This document shows positions 25,289-32,000 of a DNA stretch of 32,000 nt, piece by piece. The stretch is from positions 236,617 to 268,616 of the forward strand of contig NZ_JANDBC010000001.1 in NCBI RefSeq assembly GCF_024320785.1, read 5' to 3'. The notes under the pieces were generated by a model. That model did not search any database, was not told the DNA's origin, and saw nothing but the letters and a program-made list of their open reading frames with translations. Within the stretch, counting starts at the first letter, position 1. Each line of letters opens with the position of its first letter. The translations under genes were made by a program, and so were the position numbers. The stretch is from Gracilimonas sediminicola. Lineage in GTDB: Bacteria > Bacteroidota > Rhodothermia > Balneolales > Balneolaceae.

Positions 25289-26743
25289 ATGAAGAACTTT
25301 TCAATTACCACCACACAAGGATTTAATGTAAATAAGATTAATCCACTATGGTATCTCACAATTGGGGTAGCTACCATGGCCCTAACTCACATGACCTTTA
25401 GTATTGAAGTCATGGCTTGGGTTTCAAGTGTTCCATTTTTAATTTATCTAAGTCTCACACAAGGCTGGAAGTCAAGATTAACCTTTTTCCTTGCTTTGGT
25501 TTTGGCTTGGTCCTTTGTTGTAACGAAGATTATTAGCGATCCAATTCCACTGGCGCTGGTCTTCCTCTACTCTATTCCAATTAGTTTATTTCACCTGCCG
25601 GGATACTTGATCTGGAGCAAATTTAAAGATCAGAAATATGCGCTGTTTCTATTTCCTGTCATCATGGTCATTATGGAATGGATTCAATACACCTTTACAC
25701 CTCTTGCCAGTTGGGGAGTAGCTGCATATACCATGCACGACAATGTATCGCTTATTCAAACAGTATCTTTGTTTGGGTTGGCTGGTCTAAGCTTTCTGAT
25801 TTATTGGGTTAATGTCTCAATTGCCAATATTATCATTAAACGAAAAATCTCTATCCCAACTTTTCAGCTTCCTTTAATTATGCTGTGCCTTTTTATTGTA
25901 TTTGGCTCCATCCGATACGATATGAGCAAAGCCAATGGCAGCGACACTATAACTGTTGCAGCAGTTGGAACAGACTCGGAGGCAAGTGGTTTACCATTGC
26001 CAACTAAGGTAAGAACTGAACAGACTAAAACTGCATTATTTAAACGAACCAAAACTGCAGCGGAAGGTGGTGCTAAAATAATATCGTGGAACGAAGCTGC
26101 TATATTTATAATGCCTGAAGATGAGAAGGAATGGATTAACTCCATCAGGGAATTAGCCGCTGAACTCAATATCACTTTGGTCGCTTCTTATGTGTCGCCT
26201 ATTTCACAATCTCCCTTGAGGTATGAGAATAAGTACCAGTTTATCGATTCGTCAGGAAACATTACGCATACATACCTCAAGCATCAACCCGTACCGGGAG
26301 AACCCGCTGTGCAGGGAAAGTCGCCTTTAAAAGTTGCTGATATAAAAGGAACAAAAGTCGGAGCCGCAATTTGCTATGATTATGATTTTCCGTATCTGGC
26401 AAAAGGATATGGTGAATTAGGGGCAGATATGGTTATTCTTCCGTCAAGTGATTGGAGAGGCATTGACCCACTGCATACGGAAATGGCAGCCTTTAGAGCT
26501 GTTGAGCAAGGTCACTCGGTTCTTCGTTCAACGCGTTTTGGGCTCTCTGCAGCAATTACACCATACGGTGAAATGGTTTCACAAATGAGCAGTTTTGACA
26601 ACAATGATAAAATCATGTATTCACAGCTACCTACCAAAGGTGTCACTACATTATACTCAGTTATTCAAGATAGCTTCGTCTACCTGTGTATTGGATTCTT
26701 ATTGTCGTTCATGGCTATTGCGTCTCGATCAAAAAATAAATAA
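25289..26743 (+). CDS. Lnt-family apolipoprotein N-acyltransferase-like protein (polytopic N-terminus + carbon-nitrogen hydrolase domain)
   Basis: 484-aa ORF. About 7 N-terminal TM segments are followed by a CN-hydrolase domain and a C-terminal TM. The E-K-C triad context is ISWNEAA, YLKHQPVPGE (compare E. coli Lnt YDKHHLVPFGE, quoted from memory) and AAICYDYDFP. Confidence 0.75.
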   Translation: MKNFSITTTQGFNVNKINPLWYLTIGVATMALTHMTFSIEVMAWVSSVPFLIYLSLTQGWKSRLTFFLALVLAWSFVVTKIISDPIPLALVFLYSIPISLFHLPGYLIWSKFKDQKYALFLFPVIMVIMEWIQYTFTPLASWGVAAYTMHDNVSLIQTVSLFGLAGLSFLIYWVNVSIANIIIKRKISIPTFQLPLIMLCLFIVFGSIRYDMSKANGSDTITVAAVGTDSEASGLPLPTKVRTEQTKTALFKRTKTAAEGGAKIISWNEAAIFIMPEDEKEWINSIRELAAELNITLVASYVSPISQSPLRYENKYQFIDSSGNITHTYLKHQPVPGEPAVQGKSPLKVADIKGTKVGAAICYDYDFPYLAKGYGELGADMVILPSSDWRGIDPLHTEMAAFRAVEQGHSVLRSTRFGLSAAITPYGEMVSQMSSFDNNDKIMYSQLPTKGVTTLYSVIQDSFVYLCIGFLLSFMAIASRSKNK

Positions 26744-26808
26744 AAACCTACAACAATAGATGATTGATTTAAATAGAAGTATGTTACTATTACTTGCTAC
26801 AACTAAAC

Positions 26809-26834
26809 CTAAACTGCATTAAAACGCAGTTTAG
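26809..26834 (+). terminator. 9-bp stem hairpin downstream of the Lnt-family gene (no U-tract)
   Basis: Sequence CTAAACTGC-attaaaac-GCAGTTTAG. Terminator function is uncertain because no T-run follows. Confidence 0.35.
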
Positions 26835-27070
26835 CCAAATCCTTAAACACCCATCTTTAAGTAAGTATCGCCATATAACCACGGCATCAAGCGGGCGCAA
26901 CTCGCCCTGACCTTGCTTGATTTTAAGATTTAAGGTCATCTACAATTTCAGGGATAGCATTGAGCCGCTTATCCCGAAGGCCGTTCGGCACCTCTTCTGC
27001 AAGACATATAAGACAATTTTTTGTTCTGAATTTAGTACATTAAACAGGATAATAATTAAAGATTTCACCC

Positions 27071-27352
27071 ATGTCTCACATTAAACTTGACCAGGATATT
27101 AGGTCACTCTCCGATTTTCGAGCAAACGCTGCATCTTATATAGAGCGTGTCAAATCAAAACGCCGACCACTTATTCTTACACAGCATGGCAAAAGTTCTG
27201 CCGTATTAATTGATGTAGAAGATTATCAAAAAATGTTGGATAAGATTGAGTTATTGGAAGAATTATCTGCTGCCCGAAAGGAATTAGATAATGGAGAAGG
27301 AATTAGTCATGATGAATTTATAGGCAAACTGAGATCACAATATTCATCATGA
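27071..27352 (+). CDS. type II antitoxin, Phd/YefM family
   Basis: 93-aa ORF. SDFRANAASYIERVKSKRRPLILTQHGKSSAVLIDVEDYQ is typical of the YefM/Phd N-terminal domain. It overlaps the toxin gene by ATGA. Confidence 0.85.
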   Translation: MSHIKLDQDIRSLSDFRANAASYIERVKSKRRPLILTQHGKSSAVLIDVEDYQKMLDKIELLEELSAARKELDNGEGISHDEFIGKLRSQYSS

Positions 27353-27642
27353 AAATTATTTGGTCGCCAACGGCAAGATACAAAACCAAAGAAATTCTCG
27401 AGTACATTTCTGAAGATAATCCGGATGCTGCTTTAACTCTTATTGATTTGATCGAGGAGAAAGTTGAAAATTTAAATCAAAATCCAGAGTCAGGAAGAGT
27501 GTTTCCACCAACAAATAATGACAAAATTCAAGAACTAATTGTCCATGAGAATTATGGGGTTATCTATGAGATCAATCCCGACCTAATTGAAGTTTTAACA
27601 GTTCGTCATTTCCGCCAAGATTTTTCGAATTATAAATTGTAA
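27349..27642 (+). CDS. type II toxin, ParE/RelE superfamily
   Basis: 97-aa ORF. The pattern IIWSPTA...ILEYISEDNPDAA...ESGRV...ELIV..YGVIYEI..D.IEVLTVRH is typical of ParE/RelE-fold toxins, and the gene is paired with the Phd/YefM antitoxin. Confidence 0.8.
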   Translation: MKIIWSPTARYKTKEILEYISEDNPDAALTLIDLIEEKVENLNQNPESGRVFPPTNNDKIQELIVHENYGVIYEINPDLIEVLTVRHFRQDFSNYKL

Positions 27643-27717
27643 TTCCTTCGGTGCCTAACAAGGCGTTTTAAATTGAACGCGGACCTGCCTCAGCCGGCAG
27701 GCATTCGAGGTGCGATG

Positions 27718-27752
27718 GAAACTTGCTTGCCAGAGATTAATTTTGCTACTTC
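27718..27752 (+). promoter_or_regulatory. conserved 35-nt inter-gene motif, copy B
   Basis: Sequence gaaacttgcttgccagagattaattttgctacttc. It matches copy A at 30 of 35 positions and ends 60 nt before ATG 27813. Confidence 0.5.
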
Positions 27753-27812
27753 TTCGAGTCACTCCCATTTCTGTTTTACCTGATACAAACAACAGCCTGA
27801 CAAGGATTACCA

Positions 27813-28199
27813 ATGGATAATGCAAAAATAACAGGTAGTGCCCCCATATTGTTGGTTAAAGATGTTGAGAAATCAGCCAATTATTATCGTGATAAAGTTG
27901 GCTTCAGCTACGACCGGTTTTGGGGTGAACCTCCCGGATTTTGCATTCTTCATCGTAATGGATTCAACCTGATGCTCAGCCGGGTCGAAGATGAACGCCA
28001 TATCGTTCCCCACTACAAAGTGGTTCACAACATGTGGAATGTTTACTTCTGGGTAGATGACGCCAAAAAGTTCTATGATGAGCTGGTGGCATCGGGTGCT
28101 GAAATTGACTACCACCTGGAGGAAAAAGACTATGGCTGCCTGGAGTTTGGGATTCAGGACCCGGATGGGTATGACATTGCTTTTGGACAGGAGCTTTGA
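27813..28199 (+). CDS. VOC-family protein (glyoxalase / bleomycin-resistance fold)
   Basis: 128-aa ORF. PILLVKDVEKSANYYRDKVGF at the N-terminus and FGIQDPDGYDIAFGQ at the C-terminus are typical VOC-module edges. Confidence 0.75.
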   Translation: MDNAKITGSAPILLVKDVEKSANYYRDKVGFSYDRFWGEPPGFCILHRNGFNLMLSRVEDERHIVPHYKVVHNMWNVYFWVDDAKKFYDELVASGAEIDYHLEEKDYGCLEFGIQDPDGYDIAFGQEL

Positions 28200-28299
28200 T
28201 GCAATTGCTTAATACATGCACCTGCTGGCTAATATAAGATTAGGCTAAAAAGTAAACTGATCTCTTCAAACAAATAAAACAACCTGCAGGTAAGGTGCG

Positions 28300-28318
28300 T
28301 ACACGTTCGAAACGTGTA
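28300..28318. promoter_or_regulatory. perfect 8-bp-arm palindrome TACACGTT-CGA-AACGTGTA immediately upstream of the VanZ-like gene
   Basis: Read directly. It ends 10 nt before ATG 28329 and abuts an AGGAAA Shine-Dalgarno-like sequence. Confidence 0.45.
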
Positions 28319-28328
28319 TAGGAAATTC

Positions 28329-28892
28329 ATGGCATTCTTCACTTCTAAAAGAGAACGAAACCTTTGGCTCTGCACATTCTGTGTAGTATCTGCAATATAT
28401 GCCACACTTGGGCTCTCGTCGATACTGGCTGATATATTCTATAACGAACTCTTCGGTATTATACTCTTCCTCACATGTATGATACTCATCGGCGTCATAT
28501 TACTTACACAGGGACTTCAACTAAAACCTCATGGGTTTGATATTGGTATAGCAATCGGAATTTTTGTTGTTTACTTATTCATGTTCTTCAGAATGGCTAT
28601 TCCTGAACGCAGCCATCTTATTGAGTATAGCGTATTGGCTGTCTTTATCTATGAAGCACTATCAGAGCGCCGGCATAACGGTCGGGGCCTTAAATTCACT
28701 GCAACAGCGGCTATTGTTATGACCTCGCTGATTGGAATATTTGATGAAAGCATTCAGATATTTCTACCCAATCGTGTATTTGATCCTCAGGATATGCTCT
28801 TTAACATGCTTGCAGCAACGATGGCTGTACTATCCGTATCCGGGTTAAGATGGTTTATTCTGTGGAGAAATAGGAATCGACAGCAGCGATAA
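28329..28892 (+). CDS. VanZ-family membrane protein
   Basis: The track ORF starts at GTG 28314 inside the palindrome. ATG 28329 (MAFFTSKRE...), preceded by aggaaa, is the more likely start. The protein has 4-5 TM segments and the motif FDESIQIFLPNRVFDPQDMLFNMLAA, typical of VanZ-like proteins. Confidence 0.7.
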   Translation: MAFFTSKRERNLWLCTFCVVSAIYATLGLSSILADIFYNELFGIILFLTCMILIGVILLTQGLQLKPHGFDIGIAIGIFVVYLFMFFRMAIPERSHLIEYSVLAVFIYEALSERRHNGRGLKFTATAAIVMTSLIGIFDESIQIFLPNRVFDPQDMLFNMLAATMAVLSVSGLRWFILWRNRNRQQR

Positions 28893-28919
28893 ATCAAGTG
28901 TTGCAGCGTACAATTGGTG

Positions 28920-30764
28920 TCAATTCCTATAAAAAAGTAATCCGCCGCCGCGGGTTCCCACAATGAATTCAGCAATGCCGTCGCCGTTTAAATCAGTAAA
29001 ATGAGGGGCTGTGAGCTGGGCTGTAGCTACCTCAAAGGGCATCGGCTTTTTTGTGAACTGAGGCAGCTCTGGTGTCCCGGTGTTTTCAAAAAACACAATA
29101 CCTTCGATTTTACTCCCTGAAAATAAATCAAGATCCCCATCTCCATCTATGTCATAAAAAGCAGGGGCACTCCGGTGCTGAACTTCCACATTCGGGAAAG
29201 CGTCATTCTCCAAACTAAACTCCGGGCTGCCTTCCGATCCAATGTTACGAAAGAGCTGTAGTCCGCCGCCTGACTCCCCCACTATCAGGTCAAGATCTCC
29301 GTCGGCATCAATGTCGGCGAGAGTAGGCACGGCATTACTGCCTCTTTCCAGTTCGGTGATGGTTTGGGTTTCAAGCTTAAATCCAGTTTCGGTATTCGTA
29401 AACAAGGCAATGTTTCCCTTCCAGTTACCAAGCAGAAGGTCATCCAGTCCGTCGCCATTCAAATCAGCCAGCACAGGCGCGTAATGATAAGCGGTGGGTA
29501 GATCCAAGGTTCCGGTCAGGTGAAATTCCGGAGCTGAGGTTGTGCCCCGGTTTTCAAATCGGTAAATAACGGATGTGTTTTGGTTGGAAGGATCGATCTT
29601 ATTGGCCAGCAATAAATCCATATCTCCATCGCCATCCAGATCACCGGTGGCCGGAATGCTCTCATCTCCTACATCGATCATATCAATAAACTGTGTGGTT
29701 TGGAGGCTGAAATCCCCTTTCTCTTGTTCAAAGAAATACAGGTTGTCACTAAGGGTAAGGTTGGCATTGTAGGCCCCGCCCAAAACGCCCAGAAACAGGT
29801 CCACATCGCCATCCCCTTCCCAGTCGGCTAAGGTTGGAGCATTATACCCGCTGGTTTGAACCGGATTGGAGGGCGGAAACGGCTTGGGCTCGCCCCTGAA
29901 ATCCGGATTTTCACACGTGCCGGTATTCTCTATAAGCAGAATACTCGGCTCAAAAAAATCACCCCAGAATAAATCCTGATCACCGTCCGAATCAATATCC
30001 ATAAAAGCCATGGTGTTAGCCCCGTGCATGGTACCGAACTGTTTTACGATCTCAATGTCTTCAAACCGCTTGGTTAGCAGTTTGAAGCGCGGAATTTGGT
30101 TTTCATCCCTGCCTACTGATTCGTATCGCGCCAATGTACCATCCAGACTTCCTATAAACAGATCCAGGCGACCGTCGCAATCTATGTCAGTAACATTGGG
30201 GATATTCTGGCGGTCAGAGAAGATAGGCTCACCGTTTACATCCTTCAGGGAATCAGCGGCCAGCACAAAATTTGGATTTTCAGCATCACCTTCATTGCGG
30301 TAATAGCGGATATAGCTGTAGGGCTGTTCGGCCAATAAATCAAAATCTCCATCCTGATCCATATCCACAAAGCGAAACCACTCCCCGATGTCCAGGTTCT
30401 GGAATTTATTGGATCTCCACTTTAACGGACTTTTAGCATTGTTACCAAGATGCTCAAAGTAGATCAGCTCATCCGTCTGCTCCTGCACAAAAAAGTCAGG
30501 ATCGCCATCACCGTCTATATCAGCAAATTGAGGCCTTGGTGCATTAGAACCGCCAATAAAGGGATGGTCGATAGCTGTTTCGTCTTCTGCATATACCACA
30601 AAAGGGTTGATGTGTTGTCGGTATCCCTCTGATTCTGAGTTGCTTGTTCCGGTGTTTTGCAGCGACGTACAGCCGGTTATCAGAAACAAAACGACAAACG
30701 GTAACAGAACCAAAGAATAATCAGGCATTTCCAATCTGAGCTTTTGAAGTATATTCATCACCAA
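28920..30764 (-). CDS. FG-GAP/VCBS-repeat lipoprotein
   Basis: 614-aa ORF with the lipobox FLITGC. At least 8 Ca-binding-like D-x-D-x-D-G repeats are present (DIDGDGDPDFF, DMDQDGDFDLL, DIDSDGDQDLF, DLDGDGDMDLL, DIDADGDLDLI and others). The start could instead be the internal Met at MPDYSLV. Confidence 0.75.
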   Translation of the reverse strand: MVMNILQKLRLEMPDYSLVLLPFVVLFLITGCTSLQNTGTSNSESEGYRQHINPFVVYAEDETAIDHPFIGGSNAPRPQFADIDGDGDPDFFVQEQTDELIYFEHLGNNAKSPLKWRSNKFQNLDIGEWFRFVDMDQDGDFDLLAEQPYSYIRYYRNEGDAENPNFVLAADSLKDVNGEPIFSDRQNIPNVTDIDCDGRLDLFIGSLDGTLARYESVGRDENQIPRFKLLTKRFEDIEIVKQFGTMHGANTMAFMDIDSDGDQDLFWGDFFEPSILLIENTGTCENPDFRGEPKPFPPSNPVQTSGYNAPTLADWEGDGDVDLFLGVLGGAYNANLTLSDNLYFFEQEKGDFSLQTTQFIDMIDVGDESIPATGDLDGDGDMDLLLANKIDPSNQNTSVIYRFENRGTTSAPEFHLTGTLDLPTAYHYAPVLADLNGDGLDDLLLGNWKGNIALFTNTETGFKLETQTITELERGSNAVPTLADIDADGDLDLIVGESGGGLQLFRNIGSEGSPEFSLENDAFPNVEVQHRSAPAFYDIDGDGDLDLFSGSKIEGIVFFENTGTPELPQFTKKPMPFEVATAQLTAPHFTDLNGDGIAEFIVGTRGGGLLFYRN

Positions 30765-31849
30765 ATGCGGGTTCCTATTCCGGTTGAATTCATGCCGGTT
30801 TCTATGACTTTTTCAATCGTCAGCGTTTCTGTATTGATGATAACCACCGTTCCGGTATGTCCATCTTCTTCAGAACTGCCCTCGGGCTTATACGTGCCAT
30901 CCATATTGTTATTGGTCACATATAAGTACTTGTCATCCGATGAAAGCACGGCTCCGTGAGGCTGAGCCAAGCCGTTTCCTTCAATAACCTTTTCAATTTT
31001 CTTGTTTTCCATATCCACAACGGTGACGGTATGGGCGCCTTTATTTCCAAAATAGACCCGCTTGCCATCGGCAGAATACACCGGGTGCCAAGGCTGTGCA
31101 TGCACGGAAATGGTATCCGTCAATTGGGGCTTCAGCGGGTTTGACAGGTCAAAGACCAGCAGTTTACCCGAAACCTGACCGGTTGCCACCATGGTTTGTC
31201 CGTCCGGTGAAATAGCAAAATTCACCAATACGTGGTTGTTTCCCTCCAGCATGGTGAGTTCGGTTTCCCCTGTATCGTTATTTCTTGCCAGAATTTGATT
31301 AGCAGATAAACTCGCTATATAAGTGAATTTACCATCCGGCGAAGTTGCAAGAGCGTGAGGTCTGGAGAAGAATAAATCCACTTCTTCCTCAACATTCATA
31401 TTTGCCCGACCTATCAATCCAAAACTCTGAGGCGGGTTCACGGCACTCATCGACCGGCCTACAAAAAGGAGATCTTTGTTTGGGTGCATGGCCATCAGTC
31501 CCGGAACTTCCAGTTCGGCTTCATCCACCAACTCATTATCACGATTGAATTTCAATACTTTATTTTCGCCAATCAGCGTAACATACCAGTATGTGCCATC
31601 GGAATCGGCTATAGCATGATGCGGTTTGGCGTTTTTAGAAAAACCGAGTTTCTGCAGGTCGATGGTTTCTACCAGAGAATTTGTTGCCACATCAAGAACC
31701 GAAAGCGTTGCCTCCCCCTGGTTACAGACATAAATCCGCTGCCCTTCCGTGCTTTGTTGGGCGTGTAAAGCTGTTCCCAAAAAAGCTGAAATGGCAAATA
31801 TACTTATCACTGATAGTAACTTGTACACTGACTGCATTCGAACTCTCAT
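30758..31849 (-). CDS. YVTN-family beta-propeller repeat protein (secreted)
   Basis: 363-aa ORF with a signal peptide (AISAFLGTALHAQQ). It shows a recurring ~40-residue repeat pattern, including literal YVTN and WYVT motifs. It overlaps the FG-GAP gene start by 7 nt. Confidence 0.65.
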   Translation of the reverse strand: MRVRMQSVYKLLSVISIFAISAFLGTALHAQQSTEGQRIYVCNQGEATLSVLDVATNSLVETIDLQKLGFSKNAKPHHAIADSDGTYWYVTLIGENKVLKFNRDNELVDEAELEVPGLMAMHPNKDLLFVGRSMSAVNPPQSFGLIGRANMNVEEEVDLFFSRPHALATSPDGKFTYIASLSANQILARNNDTGETELTMLEGNNHVLVNFAISPDGQTMVATGQVSGKLLVFDLSNPLKPQLTDTISVHAQPWHPVYSADGKRVYFGNKGAHTVTVVDMENKKIEKVIEGNGLAQPHGAVLSSDDKYLYVTNNNMDGTYKPEGSSEEDGHTGTVVIINTETLTIEKVIETGMNSTGIGTRIW

Positions 31850-31876
31850 TAAGTTTTAGATTGGTTATAAAAGAAA

Positions 31877-31921
31877 AGGCAACTTCATGTTGATCTCAGA
31901 TGAGAATACATAAAGTTGCCT
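31877..31921 (-). terminator. hairpin plus T-rich tract, candidate terminator of the edge-truncated upstream gene
   Basis: AGGCAACTT (31877-31885) pairs with AAGTTGCCT (31913-31921). On the minus strand it is followed by tttcttttat. The 27-nt loop is large. Confidence 0.45.
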
Positions 31922-31939
31922 GATCAAATTTATTGTCTT

Positions 31940-32000
31940 TTACTGGTTGATCGCCTGCTGGTTTGTTTCCAGAATAAACAATCCTTCACGTCCACTGGTC
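31940..32000 (-). CDS. last 19 codons of an unidentified CDS entering from the right edge
   Basis: The minus strand reads ...TSGREGLFILETNQQAINQ followed by TAA (31940-31942). It is too short to identify. Confidence 0.3.
   Translation of the reverse strand, partial: TSGREGLFILETNQQAINQ

Noticed and set aside
26895-28250. Integron cassette array / attC sites. GCCTAAC (27653-27659) 11 nt after the ParE stop matches the RYYYAAC consensus. GTTCGGC (26983-26989) and ATTAGGC (about 28240) resemble the GTTRRRY consensus.
   Set aside because: No RYYYAAC has a properly spaced (about 60-140 bp) complementary GTTRRRY partner. The only candidate pair, GCGCAAC 26895-26901 with GTTCGGC 26983-26989, matches poorly once the flanking spacers are included (6 of 12). 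No intI or attI is present in the window. An attC covariance-model scan would be the decisive test.
28314-28328. GTG start for the VanZ-like gene as given in the track
   Set aside because: The GTG lies inside the perfect palindrome. ATG 28329 is preceded by AGGAAA at suitable spacing, and the extra residues (MYRKF) add nothing recognisable.

Overview
This 32-kb window looks like chromosomal DNA from an FCB-group (Bacteroidota/Balneolota-like) bacterium; that placement is inferred from gene content only. About 27 kb is ordinary, densely packed housekeeping DNA. It holds a large edge-truncated TamB/AsmA-like gene at the end of a translationally coupled NFACT-aroK-aroB operon, followed by hbd. 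Next comes a ccmC-D-E-F cytochrome c maturation cluster whose CcmE carries the variant CxxxY heme-binding motif. The remainder comprises a PH/SHOCT membrane protein, two tandem paralogous S9 (DPP-IV-like) peptidases, an MFS transporter, dut, a DUF3108-like protein, an ArsC/Spx-family protein, a lipoprotein, and an FG-GAP plus YVTN beta-propeller pair. Coordinates 23.7-28.9 kb form a lower-GC, co-oriented accessory segment. Its genes are a secreted orphan, a Crp-type regulator with an Lnt-family N-acyltransferase, a Phd/YefM-ParE/RelE toxin-antitoxin pair, a VOC/glyoxalase protein and a VanZ-like protein. I recognised no integrase, transposase, rRNA, tRNA or CRISPR array. Four things the gene list does not explain stand out. 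(1) A short GAACA-rich repeat occurs six times, always in sense orientation and abutting or overlapping a stop codon. (2) The accessory segment carries a conserved 35-nt inter-gene motif and 17-bp inverted repeats bracketing the Crp/Lnt module. (3) A second hairpin-repeat family is nested in a 547-bp convergent intergenic region. (4) Several perfect palindromes sit just upstream of start codons. I found no clearly novel multi-gene system. The accessory segment and the stop-codon-adjacent repeat are the best leads. All identities and GC values are by-eye counts, not computed statistics.
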